Virus record (IMG/VR): IMGVR_UViG_3300028131_000823 | Coordinates: 62,001 to 126,000 of that record | Strand: one strand, 5' to 3' | DNA: 64,000 nt | In this document: positions 1 to 9,492 of the stretch, piece after piece | Layout of the letters: the number at the start of each line of letters is the position of its first letter | Position numbering within the stretch: position 1 is the first letter of the stretch | Position numbers and translations under genes: made by a program | Notes under the pieces: model-generated | The model's input: the letters and a program-made list of their open reading frames with translations, nothing else | Told to the model about the DNA's origin: nothing | The model's database searches: none

Positions 1-120
1 AAGATTATAGTCATGAAGCATTCTTAGACAAATTAGATGAATACTATAACGAAAGAATGTTGAAACAATATGCAAAGGATTTTAAAAACCTAGCATAAGA
101 ATAAGTTAGTATTTATAATT

Positions 121-154
121 AAAACCCAAGTTCTCGCAGATCTTGGGTTTTTTT
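121..154 (+). terminator. Rho-independent terminator
   Basis: AACCCAAG...CTTGGGTT hairpin followed by a T-run. Confidence 0.75.
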
Positions 155-240
155 GTTAATAACTTTAGTAAAAAAGTTGCCTCAAAATTTTCACGGGTCA
201 AAGATTATAGTTATATTAGTATTATAATTAAAACTTAAAC
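153..240 (+). promoter_or_regulatory. Early promoter repeat, copy 1
   Basis: TTGTTAATAACT...TTTCACGGGTCAAAGATTATAGTTATATTAGTATTATAATTAAAAC; TTTC-N19-TATATTAG resembles the Bacteroidota -33/-7 promoter; 8 copies in the window. Confidence 0.8.
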
Positions 241-243
241 TAG

Positions 244-519
244 ATGAGCTATACAAATTTTAACAGACATGAATCAATGAATTCAGAAACTAGAAAAGAA
301 ATCATGAACTTAATTAATGATTTAATAAATTACGATGAACAAATAGATAAAAAATTAAGAAGATCTATTGAAAACAAATTATATGGTTTATTTGATGGTT
401 ATTTATATGATAAACTTCAATTGAATGCATTAGAATGTCCAAGTGATTTAGCAAGTAGAATTATGAAAATATATCATAAATGTGCAATGTACCCAAAGTC
501 AAAAACAATTATATTTTAA
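244..519 (+). CDS. Hypothetical early protein
   Basis: ORF directly after the early promoter repeat. Confidence 0.7.
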   Translation: MSYTNFNRHESMNSETRKEIMNLINDLINYDEQIDKKLRRSIENKLYGLFDGYLYDKLQLNALECPSDLASRIMKIYHKCAMYPKSKTIIF

Positions 520-557
520 TCTGATATATAATATAATATTAAAAATAAAATAACAAG

Positions 558-980
558 ATGAACAATATTAAGAATTTTAACGACTTTATTAATGAGTCTC
601 AAGAAATAAACGAAGGTACTCGTTCTCAATTTGGAAAAATTGATAAAAAAGGAAATATAACTTCAGTTTATATGCATTATGATGGTTATCCAGAAAACGT
701 ATTACCTATTTTAAGAAAAGGTTATAAAGGTGGAAAAAATGTAGATTATGTACTTTCACAAGGAAGTGGTTCAGGTCTTGAAGTAAATCCTAAGAAAATT
801 AACTTTTATAAAGATGATAGAGATTCTCAATCAACTGGTAATGTTGCAACAATTGCAAATTATTTATCAGATGTAGAAGATGATGGTGGAGCAGAATACG
901 TTTATTTATGGGATGAAAGATCAAAGCAATGGATGATGGCATCTTATGGTGAAAGAGACTTAAAGGTTGCAGAAGTTTAA
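558..980 (+). CDS. Putative head internal protein (capsid-targeting leader, YxHYDGYP motif)
   Basis: N-terminal MNNIKNFNDFINE; late motif GATATATA at 523-530. Confidence 0.6.
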   Translation: MNNIKNFNDFINESQEINEGTRSQFGKIDKKGNITSVYMHYDGYPENVLPILRKGYKGGKNVDYVLSQGSGSGLEVNPKKINFYKDDRDSQSTGNVATIANYLSDVEDDGGAEYVYLWDERSKQWMMASYGERDLKVAEV

Positions 981-996
981 AAAAATTAAAGTAACA

Positions 997-1308
997 ATGA
1001 AAAACGTAAAATTATTCGAAGAATTTATAAACGAAGATATTGACTCAAATAAAATATTTGAATTAACTGAACTAGAAAAAAAAATTAATGGCTTTACAGG
1101 CCAAGCACAGGTAAAAGCTAAAGTTGGAGTAACGACATTTTCTGTTTCAAAATACATGATAGTGTTTGATTATGACGAAGCTAATAAAGATTTACCATTT
1201 GTATTTAGACCAGATATGAAATCTGCAAAAGTAGCAAAGGATAAATTAGAAAAAACTGACATGTTTACTCCTGAAATGAACTTAAGAATTGAAGAAATTA
1301 AATATTAA
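997..1308 (+). CDS. Putative head internal protein
   Basis: MKNVKLFEEFINE leader; start moved to ATG 997 (A-rich context). Confidence 0.6.
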   Translation: MKNVKLFEEFINEDIDSNKIFELTELEKKINGFTGQAQVKAKVGVTTFSVSKYMIVFDYDEANKDLPFVFRPDMKSAKVAKDKLEKTDMFTPEMNLRIEEIKY

Positions 1309-1326
1309 AATTAAAAAAACAAAGTT

Positions 1327-1782
1327 ATGAAAAATATAAAATTATTCGAAGAGTTTATCAATGAAAACGATATGATGGCTACAACGCCAGCAGAACTTAA
1401 AAAAATGGCTAAAAAATTTAAACAAATCCATTATGACATGGCCTCCGGTGATTTTGAAGAGGAAGATATAGATGCAAACTTTAAATTTATAACAGACTTT
1501 CTTGGAACAGACCAAATAGTTGAAATAGTTGGAGGAGACCATTGGGCTAATCATTCTTCTGGAAAAGAATTAACAGACATTTATAATGATTTAATCACTA
1601 AGATTAAAAACAAGAAAGACCATGAATTAGATTCAGGAGCAGACTATGTTACAGGTACATTAAATGGAGCAAAGGTAGTTTGTCAATACGATGGTTACAG
1701 TACCCCTACTCATTTATCAATTATGATAAACGTTAATGACATTAAAAAGTTTGACATTAAAACAACACCTTTTGTAGTTTAA
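1327..1782 (+). CDS. Putative head internal protein
   Basis: MKNIKLFEEFINE leader. Confidence 0.6.
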   Translation: MKNIKLFEEFINENDMMATTPAELKKMAKKFKQIHYDMASGDFEEEDIDANFKFITDFLGTDQIVEIVGGDHWANHSSGKELTDIYNDLITKIKNKKDHELDSGADYVTGTLNGAKVVCQYDGYSTPTHLSIMINVNDIKKFDIKTTPFVV

Positions 1783-1841
1783 TATTAGGAAGGTATCATT
1801 AAAAAGTTAATAACTAATTAGTAATTTAAAGGAGATTGTAT

Positions 1842-1868
1842 GAAACAATCTCCTTTTTTAGTATATAA
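1842..1868 (+). promoter_or_regulatory. Middle-type promoter GAAACAA-N13-TATATAA overlapping a terminator hairpin
   Basis: One of 11 copies with an exact 13-nt spacer; overlaps the GGAGATTGT/ACAATCTCC hairpin. Confidence 0.7.
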
Positions 1869-1884
1869 GTTTTAAAATAACTAT

Positions 1885-2154
1885 ATGAAAAGTATACTAG
1901 AAGAAGCAGATCAAATTATCAATCACAGAAGCGAAGAAAAAGAAAGACAATATGGCCCTTTCAGCGAGGGTATGGATAGAGCAGCATCTATTTTCAATGG
2001 CATGACTGGCTTAGAAGTTACAGGCAGAGAAATGTACATGGCCCTAATAGCTCTTAAATTTTCAAGAGAAAGTTACAATCATAAAAGAGATAACCTCCTA
2101 GATGCAGTTGCGTATATTCAAGGATTAGACAATTACTTAAACGAAAAAGAATGA
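1885..2154 (+). CDS. DUF6378-like small helical protein (nucleotide-modification associated)
   Basis: SILEEADQII..R...YG and KFSRE..NHKRDNLLDAVAY pattern. Confidence 0.6.
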   Translation: MKSILEEADQIINHRSEEKERQYGPFSEGMDRAASIFNGMTGLEVTGREMYMALIALKFSRESYNHKRDNLLDAVAYIQGLDNYLNEKE

Positions 2155-3239
2155 AAATATTATTTACAGGCTGTACGGCCAAACAAACAGACGATGACGC
2201 TTGGAAAAGAGCAAGAGTTAAAAGAATAGATGATAGTAGTATTATCTGTAATTCATTAAGAAAACAAGGTTACACAGTAGACAGAAAGAAAGTTAAATGG
2301 GGAGATGATCTTTCAGAATATGGACTTGCTATTGTAGGCCTTGGTCAATTTGGTTCTAACAATTATTCAGGTGAAATCTTTAACGCATTATATGCAATTA
2401 ATGAATGTGATAATGTTTTAGTTTTTCATGAAGATTGGAAAATTGACGGTACTATGAAATCATTTAAATCAATGTTAGATGATGAAACTTACGAAAAGAC
2501 TATAGCAAAGAAATGGAGTGACGGGAGACACTTTTATGGTGGAGTTGATAATCAACACTTTAATAAAGATGTTGCAAGACAGGTTATACAAGACATGGTA
2601 GATGCAAAATATGACGCCATTATACCGGCATTCGATTGGGGTAATAAACAACTTGTTAGAGATATTATTGGTAGTAAAAATATTTATAATATAGACCTTA
2701 CTCCTTATGTCCTAGAGAATTGGAATATTTCAACAACATATACTTCTCAAATTAAAGAAAGAAAACATATGTTGGCTTCTCTTGTAAATCATAAGCCATG
2801 GGTAAATAGAAATAAATTATCATGGCCTGTAGATTATTTCGGTGCAAAGAGTATTAAAGAGGCAAAGCAGTTAAAAACTGAAACTGATGTTTTTGAAGCT
2901 TGTGGAAAGTATTGGAGTATTTTATGTCCTGAATATCCTCATGCAGGAAGTGGCTGGTTTAGAATTAGATGGGTTTATGCTGCAATACAAAGGTCAGTAT
3001 TACTTTCAAGTGAAAAAGATACAGAAGCATTAGGTCTTCCTAAAGTTAAAGTAGAATCATTAAGTAATACAGAATTAGAAGATTATGCAAATCAACTTTC
3101 AGAAACTGTACTTAGTTATATGTGGACAAAAGATGTATTTGATGTAAAAATAAAAGAGATAGTAGAAACAGTTGGAGAAAATCTTTCAATTAGTTCACAA
3201 CCTACCACTGGAATTAGTAAACAAACTGCGTTGTTTTAA
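2151..3239 (+). CDS. Putative GT-B glycosyltransferase (T4 beta-glucosyltransferase-like)
   Basis: 362 aa; two Rossmann-like halves (MKILFTG; VDYFGAK...SILCPEYPHAGSGWFRIRW); adjacent to dCTPase and DNA polymerase. Confidence 0.5.
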   Translation: MKILFTGCTAKQTDDDAWKRARVKRIDDSSIICNSLRKQGYTVDRKKVKWGDDLSEYGLAIVGLGQFGSNNYSGEIFNALYAINECDNVLVFHEDWKIDGTMKSFKSMLDDETYEKTIAKKWSDGRHFYGGVDNQHFNKDVARQVIQDMVDAKYDAIIPAFDWGNKQLVRDIIGSKNIYNIDLTPYVLENWNISTTYTSQIKERKHMLASLVNHKPWVNRNKLSWPVDYFGAKSIKEAKQLKTETDVFEACGKYWSILCPEYPHAGSGWFRIRWVYAAIQRSVLLSSEKDTEALGLPKVKVESLSNTELEDYANQLSETVLSYMWTKDVFDVKIKEIVETVGENLSISSQPTTGISKQTALF

Positions 3240-3262
3240 TAAAAATATAAAGAACAAAAGAA

Positions 3263-3727
3263 ATGGCAAACGAAGATAATCAATGTGCAGATTTAGAGGT
3301 TAAAGACCACTACTCAGAAGGTAAAGATACTTTCGGCATGATTTACAATAAACAAAGAGAATTGCAAAGTAGATTAGGTTTAAATTATGAAAACTTAACT
3401 CTTAAAGAAATTGCAGAAATGTGGATGGTAAATAAACATGCAATGTCAGATGAGCTTAATGAAATGTTTGATGCCTTAGGCGGTATTAATGATGGAATTG
3501 GTTCAGCTGCTTGGAAATATTGGAAACAGGATAATAAGAAAGCAGAAACAATGACAGTTGCAGATTTATCAGAAGCTGATAGGTTAGAATTATTTTATGA
3601 ATGGATCGATGGCCTTCATTTCTATATGAACTTTGCACTTGCAATTGGAATGACTAGTGAGGATATTGTCAACCTTTATATGGCAAAACAAAAAGAGAAT
3701 ATTAACAGACAAGAAAGAGGATATTAA
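3263..3727 (+). CDS. All-alpha dCTPase/dUTPase (T4 gp56 / dimeric dUTPase family)
   Basis: DELNEMFD...WKYWK...EWIDGLHF...YMAKQKENINRQERGY. Confidence 0.85.
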   Translation: MANEDNQCADLEVKDHYSEGKDTFGMIYNKQRELQSRLGLNYENLTLKEIAEMWMVNKHAMSDELNEMFDALGGINDGIGSAAWKYWKQDNKKAETMTVADLSEADRLELFYEWIDGLHFYMNFALAIGMTSEDIVNLYMAKQKENINRQERGY

Positions 3728-5127
3728 TGCTATTAGATATTGAACAACGAGATAAAGAAGTAATTGTAAGCTATTATAACACAGAAGGTGAAGTAGCCTT
3801 TAAAAGATACCCAGTTGGTCAATTTCAAAATTGGTATGTAACACATGACAAAGATCGTTACAGACATGAAAGCGCACAAAATTGGGATGGTCGACCTGTT
3901 AAATTATCAAATGCAAGACAATATAATAAATTTTCTTTGATCTATTTTATAGATCAACTTCCAGAAGCTGATAAAAAAGAAATACTTGCATATAATAAAC
4001 CAAGAACATATTTCGTAGACATTGAAACAGAGATTGTAGATGGCTTCCCTAAACCAGAAGAGGCTAAGACACGTATCCTGTCATTCTCTATCATTACACC
4101 AGAAAGAAAGGCTATAGTTTTAGGCTTAAAAGATTTGGATGATATGACAGGTATGCAAGATGATACTAACAAATATTTTAAATCATTGGATAGTGATTGG
4201 AGTCTATCATATTATAAGTTTAAGAATGAATATGATATGGTTTATAACTTTATTCATAAGTTTATGCCTAAGTTTCCAATGATGACAGGTTGGAACTTTA
4301 TTAATTATGATTGGCAATATATTGTTAACCGATGTAAGAGACTACAAATTGATATTAGTGAATCTGCAAAAACAGGTGCAGTTGATAGAATGGATGGCAG
4401 ACCACTTCATATGGGAATACTTGATTATATGCAATTGTATGATAAGTATGATCGTTCTGTAAAGGTTAAAGAATCAAATACCCTTGATTATGTTTCAGGT
4501 CAAATTGTAGGTCTTAAAAAGATTAAATACAATGGCGGCTTACAGGAATTGTATGAAAAAGATTTTAGAAAATATATTTATTATAACATTGTCGATTCAT
4601 GTTTGGTATATTATATAGATCAGAAGATTAAAGCAATGGATGTTCTTTTAACTCTTGCAAATATTACGCAAATGCCACTTTATAAAGCAGCAAGCCCAGT
4701 TGCTATGACAGAAGCATTAATGGCAAGAAAGCTTAAAGAACAAAATAAAATTATTGCAACTGAAAGAAGAGATGACAATAGAAAAGACGGTAGTTATGCC
4801 GGCGCTTTTGTTAAAGAACCAATCGTTGGTTTTTATAGTGGAGTAAGTGCATTTGACTTTGCTTCTCTATACCCTTCAATTATGCGACAATTTAATATTT
4901 CTCCTGATTCTTTTGTTGAAACTGTACAAAAACATGAGATAGAAGAAAAAAGAAAAAATAAAGATTATATTGTTTGTGAAAATGGCGCAGTCTATACAAC
5001 AGAAGATTCTGTCTTGAAAAGAATCCTCACCGACCTGTATAGTCAACGTAAGGAATATAAGGCAAAATCATTTGAATATTTTGAGAAGGCAAGATTAATT
5101 CGAAAAAAAATTAGTCAGCTAAAGTAG
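3727..5127 (+). CDS. Family B DNA polymerase, N-terminal subunit (3'-5' exonuclease, motif A, first fingers helix)
   Basis: DIETE exoI, GWNFINYDWQY exoII, YNIVDS exoIII, FDFASLYPS motif A; lacks motifs B and C. Confidence 0.92.
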   Translation: MLLDIEQRDKEVIVSYYNTEGEVAFKRYPVGQFQNWYVTHDKDRYRHESAQNWDGRPVKLSNARQYNKFSLIYFIDQLPEADKKEILAYNKPRTYFVDIETEIVDGFPKPEEAKTRILSFSIITPERKAIVLGLKDLDDMTGMQDDTNKYFKSLDSDWSLSYYKFKNEYDMVYNFIHKFMPKFPMMTGWNFINYDWQYIVNRCKRLQIDISESAKTGAVDRMDGRPLHMGILDYMQLYDKYDRSVKVKESNTLDYVSGQIVGLKKIKYNGGLQELYEKDFRKYIYYNIVDSCLVYYIDQKIKAMDVLLTLANITQMPLYKAASPVAMTEALMARKLKEQNKIIATERRDDNRKDGSYAGAFVKEPIVGFYSGVSAFDFASLYPSIMRQFNISPDSFVETVQKHEIEEKRKNKDYIVCENGAVYTTEDSVLKRILTDLYSQRKEYKAKSFEYFEKARLIRKKISQLK

Positions 5128-5268
5128 TCAACTTTTGGGAGGTTGAAGATATATAATCCATCAACAACTACACCCAATCAGATGATCAAAATTAGATCAT
5201 CTTTTGTTTTTTAACAGGTTATTAATGTAATAACCAGGAATGTAAAATTTAAAATATATTAAATAAAT

Positions 5269-6267
5269 ATGAATATTTTCAAAGAAAGAATAGAATACAA
5301 GCCATTTGAATATCCAGAATATTATACAGAAGGTTGGCTTCCACAGGCTCAAGCGTTTTGGTTACATACTGAAATTCCAATGCAGAGTGATATAAAAGAT
5401 TGGAAAGAAAACTTAATGCCACATGAAAGAAATCTTGTTGGTAATATTCTTTTAGGCTTTGCTCAAACTGAATGTGCTGTTAGTGATTATTGGACTACAA
5501 TGGTTACTCATTGGTTTCCAAAACATGAGATCAAACAAATGGCCATGATTTTTGGTAGCCAAGAAACTATTCACGCCACAGCCTATTCTTATTTAAATGA
5601 AACTTTAGGTCTTGAAGATTTTGCTGCATTCCTACATGAGCCATCAATGGCAGATAAGTTTGAACATCTTTCAGGAGTAGAAAATGATTATACACATGAG
5701 GATTTACAAAAGAATCCAGCAGCAAGAAGAGAAGTTGCAAGAAGTTTAGCAACATTTTCAGCATTTGCAGAAGGCGTAAGCCTTTATAGTTCATTTGCAG
5801 TCTTATATTCTTTTCAAATGAGAAACTTATTAAAGGGAATTGGTCAACAAATGAAATGGTCAGTTAGAGACGAATCATTACATTCAAAAATGGGTTGTAA
5901 ATTATTTAGACACATGTGTGATGAATATCCTGAACTTAGAGAAGAAGTTAAAAACGATGTAATAAGAGCTGCTGAGATTATGGTAGAAATGGAACATGCA
6001 TTTATTGATAAGATATTTGAAATGGGAAATCTTGAAAATCTTAAAGCAAACGATCTTAAAAACTTTATTTTAAGAAGAACAAATGAAAAACTTATTGAAT
6101 TAGGTTATAACCAACATTTTGAATTTGATACAGAATCAGCAAAAGAACTTGATTGGTTTTATCATTTAACAGGAGGAGTAGAACATAGCGACTTTTTTGC
6201 AATTAGACCAACTGCATATTCTAAAGCAGGTGAAGATGAGGTCTGGGACGAGGAGTCAATTTTTTAA
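5269..6267 (+). CDS. nrdB: Ribonucleotide reductase class Ia beta subunit
   Basis: QAFWLHTE, ETIHATAY, EGVSLYSSF, RDESLH diiron motifs. Confidence 0.95.
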   Translation: MNIFKERIEYKPFEYPEYYTEGWLPQAQAFWLHTEIPMQSDIKDWKENLMPHERNLVGNILLGFAQTECAVSDYWTTMVTHWFPKHEIKQMAMIFGSQETIHATAYSYLNETLGLEDFAAFLHEPSMADKFEHLSGVENDYTHEDLQKNPAARREVARSLATFSAFAEGVSLYSSFAVLYSFQMRNLLKGIGQQMKWSVRDESLHSKMGCKLFRHMCDEYPELREEVKNDVIRAAEIMVEMEHAFIDKIFEMGNLENLKANDLKNFILRRTNEKLIELGYNQHFEFDTESAKELDWFYHLTGGVEHSDFFAIRPTAYSKAGEDEVWDEESIF

Positions 6268-6278
6268 ATATATAAATT

Positions 6279-8114
6279 ATGGAATTATTTGTAGAACAAG
6301 AAGATTCACCTAAGGCTGATAAAATAGCCCAAAAACTAGGATGGATAAAAGGTACTGACTATCCAGTTTGGGGCCACACTGAAATTTATTTAAAGACAAT
6401 TTCTAAAGGATATTGTTTAGAAGGAGAAACACCAAAGGATGCTTATTGGAGAGTAGCAACCACTATTGCAAGAAGACTTAGAAGATCTGATATGGCTAGT
6501 AAGTTCTTTGATTATATTTGGAAGGGTTGGTTAAATTTAGCGTCTCCAGTACTTTCAAACACTGGTACAGAAAGAGGATTGCCAATTTCTTGTTTTGGAA
6601 TTGATGTTGCAGATAGTATTCATGATATTGGTAAAAAGAATCTTGAAATGATGTTACTTGCAAAGAATGGTGGAGGAGTTGGAATTGGCGTAAATCAAAT
6701 TAGACCTGCAGGAACTGAAATTACAGACAATGGAACTTCAGATGGTGTTGTACCATTTTGTAAAATATATGACTCTACAATTCTCGCTACAAATCAAGGA
6801 GCAGTAAGAAGAGGAGCAGCCTCTGTTAATATAGATATTGAACATGATGATTTTTGGGATTGGTTAGAAATTAGAGAACCAAAGGGAGATATAAATAGAC
6901 AATGTTTAAATATGCACCAATGCGTAATTGTTAGTGATGGCTTTATGCAAAAGGTACAAGAAGGAGATAAAGAAGCAAGAAAGAGATGGACTGCACTTAT
7001 TAAAAAACGTAAAGCAACTGGAGAGCCATATATTATGTATAAAGGAAATGTTAATAGAGCAAATCCTGAAGCATATACAAAGAATGGTTTAAAAGTTTAC
7101 ATGACAAATATTTGTAGTGAAATTACATTACATACTGATGAGAATCACAGTTTTGTTTGTTGTTTAAGTTCATTAAACCTTACAAAATATGACGAGTGGA
7201 AAAACACTGATTTAATTAGAACCGCAACGTGGTTTCTTGATGGTGTTATGGAAGAATTTATTCAAAAGGCAAAATACAGACAAGGCTTTGAAAATGCAGT
7301 TCGTTCTGCTGAAAAAGGTAGAGCACTTGGTCTTGGCGTCTTAGGTTGGCATACATATCTACAAGAAAGAGGTATTCCATTCGAAGGTCTTACAGCACAG
7401 TTTGAAACAAGAAAGATATTTTCTCAAATTAAATTAGAGAGCGAAGCAGCAAGTAGAGAACTTGCAGTAGAATATGGAGAACCACTATGGTGTGTTGGTA
7501 CAGGCATGAGAAATACACATTTAAGAGCAGTTGCACCTACGGTAACTAATTCTAAATTAAGTGGCAATGTTAGCCCAGGTATTGAGCCATGGGCCGCTAA
7601 TGTATTTACTGAACAAACTTCTAAAGGTACATTTATTCGTAAAAATGTTTCACTTGTAAGTTTCCTAGAAAAAATTGGTAAAAATACAAATGCAGTTTGG
7701 AACAAGATTCTTGAAGATAATGGTTCGGTTTACGGTCTAGATTTTATTGACAACTACATGGTAGAGCATAACATGTGGGGAGGTAAAGTTATTGAAAAAC
7801 TAGAATGGGAAAGTTTAGATAAAATGGAACAAACTAAATGGGTTGAAGCAAAAGAAGTATTTAAAACATTTAAAGAAATTAATCAACTTGAACTAGTTAA
7901 GCAGGCTGGAGTTAGACAACAATATATCGATCAATCTTGTAGTCTTAATCTTGCGTTTCCAAATACAGCAAGTCCAAAGTTTATTAATTTAGTTCATTTA
8001 GAAGCCTACAAACAAGGTATTAAGACTCTCTATTATATGAGAACTGAAAGCGTATTAAGAGGTGATATTGCCTCAAGTGCAACTAGCGAAGATTGCGTAT
8101 CATGCGATGGCTAA
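6279..8114 (+). CDS. nrdA: Ribonucleotide reductase class Ia alpha subunit
   Basis: LPISCF, TNICSEI, CCLSSLN, APT, KTLYYMR, C-terminal CVSC. Confidence 0.95.
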   Translation: MELFVEQEDSPKADKIAQKLGWIKGTDYPVWGHTEIYLKTISKGYCLEGETPKDAYWRVATTIARRLRRSDMASKFFDYIWKGWLNLASPVLSNTGTERGLPISCFGIDVADSIHDIGKKNLEMMLLAKNGGGVGIGVNQIRPAGTEITDNGTSDGVVPFCKIYDSTILATNQGAVRRGAASVNIDIEHDDFWDWLEIREPKGDINRQCLNMHQCVIVSDGFMQKVQEGDKEARKRWTALIKKRKATGEPYIMYKGNVNRANPEAYTKNGLKVYMTNICSEITLHTDENHSFVCCLSSLNLTKYDEWKNTDLIRTATWFLDGVMEEFIQKAKYRQGFENAVRSAEKGRALGLGVLGWHTYLQERGIPFEGLTAQFETRKIFSQIKLESEAASRELAVEYGEPLWCVGTGMRNTHLRAVAPTVTNSKLSGNVSPGIEPWAANVFTEQTSKGTFIRKNVSLVSFLEKIGKNTNAVWNKILEDNGSVYGLDFIDNYMVEHNMWGGKVIEKLEWESLDKMEQTKWVEAKEVFKTFKEINQLELVKQAGVRQQYIDQSCSLNLAFPNTASPKFINLVHLEAYKQGIKTLYYMRTESVLRGDIASSATSEDCVSCDG

Positions 8115-8165
8115 AATGTGTGGCGCTTCGGTGGCCACGCTTTAGGACCGTTTAATTACGGGTTT

Positions 8166-8200
8166 AAGAGGGAGATCGTTCGCTACGCTCCCTCTTTTTA
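8166..8200 (+). terminator. Rho-independent terminator
   Basis: AAGAGGGAG...CTCCCTCTT followed by a T-run after nrdA. Confidence 0.75.
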
Positions 8201-8227
8201 TAAAAAACAATGATATATAGAAATATT

Positions 8228-9430
8228 ATGATTTTACAATATAACGAATTTTTAACAGAAAAAGAAGTTTCCATATCAAGAAGAAACTTTTATACAAAGG
8301 CTTTTCCACAATTTCTTAATGAAGATGAATTAGTCGAAGCCGCTAATTTAATAAATGAGGGTCTTTTTGATAATCTTTCTTTAGAAAAAATAGAAATGTT
8401 AAATGAGTCAGAACTTTATGAAAGTTTACTTTTAGAATTAAATTTAATACAAAGGCTAAAAGATAAAGCAACAGATGCATATCAAGTTGTAAAAGATAAA
8501 GGTAAAAAAGCTTTAAGTGCTATTCAACAAGGGGTGTTAGCAATTGGAGGTAAAATAGCCAATATTATTAAAAAGATTGTAGAAAATATTAAAGCAGTTG
8601 CTAAAAAAGCATTTGAAGCTGGTAAAAAATTAGCAAATAGCGCAAAGTCAAAAATGATAGCAGCTTTTAAAAATGAATTAGATTCTGGAAAGACTAATGA
8701 CAAAGATGCAATGAAAAACAAACTTAAATCTTTAAAAGACGATGTTCAAAATGGTAAAAAGGTAGGAAAACACGTTATAAAATGGTGTACTAAAGACGTT
8801 GCTAAGGAAACTGCTGACGCAATTATAAAAGGTGCAAAAGAAGATACTGATAAATCAAAGAAAGATAAAGATACAAGTGAATCTATGGGATACAGAAGCA
8901 TGGATTTATTTATGGAACATTCGTTATATAATACATTTTCAGCAGCAATTGATGCAGGTGAAATGGATCTTAATGAAATAGAACAACAATTAAACGAAGC
9001 TGGAGATAAAAAAGCAGCTAAAATTCCATTTATTTCTACTATTGCAAAATTTGTCAATAAGTTTCCACCTTTTAGTATTCTAAAAACGCTTAAAGAAAAA
9101 GGAGCTGAGGTAACAGGAGGATTATTAGGAAATTTATCTAAAATGGCAACTAAAGTAATGGGAGCTCCAGGACCTTATAAGTTTTTAGCAGTTGCTACAT
9201 TCATAGGTCTCGCTCTTGAAATAATAATGAAAGATACTATAAAAACCCTGACTACAAGCGTAATTACTACACTGTTCTTTCCACCAGCTGCTCCATTTAT
9301 TACTGCAGTGTTTAATGCAGCTTATGTACTTGCTGCAATCGCAGCTCTTGAAGTAGTTTTAGGTACTATTGAAGATAATGATGCAGATGATGCAAAGGCA
9401 GCAGCAAAGACATCCTCTAATAAAGCTTAA
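8228..9430 (+). CDS. Putative virion-internal protein with hydrophobic C-terminal helices
   Basis: Late motif at 8212; leader MILQYNEFLTE; Lys/Ala-rich helices followed by hydrophobic segments. Confidence 0.55.
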   Translation: MILQYNEFLTEKEVSISRRNFYTKAFPQFLNEDELVEAANLINEGLFDNLSLEKIEMLNESELYESLLLELNLIQRLKDKATDAYQVVKDKGKKALSAIQQGVLAIGGKIANIIKKIVENIKAVAKKAFEAGKKLANSAKSKMIAAFKNELDSGKTNDKDAMKNKLKSLKDDVQNGKKVGKHVIKWCTKDVAKETADAIIKGAKEDTDKSKKDKDTSESMGYRSMDLFMEHSLYNTFSAAIDAGEMDLNEIEQQLNEAGDKKAAKIPFISTIAKFVNKFPPFSILKTLKEKGAEVTGGLLGNLSKMATKVMGAPGPYKFLAVATFIGLALEIIMKDTIKTLTTSVITTLFFPPAAPFITAVFNAAYVLAAIAALEVVLGTIEDNDADDAKAAAKTSSNKA

Positions 9431-9492
9431 TTTTTATTGAAACAATATTAGTTTATTACATATAAATCTGTAAATAAACTAAATTATTCAAG

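Noticed and set aside
1-10. AAGATTATAG at the window start as a ninth early repeat
   Set aside because: The match stops after 10 nt and lacks the TATATTAG element
8210-8227. ATG 8210 as start, likewise 967, 25559, 27964 and 41929
   Set aside because: These upstream ATGs overlap promoters or upstream genes; downstream ATGs have the A-rich context and conserved N-termini
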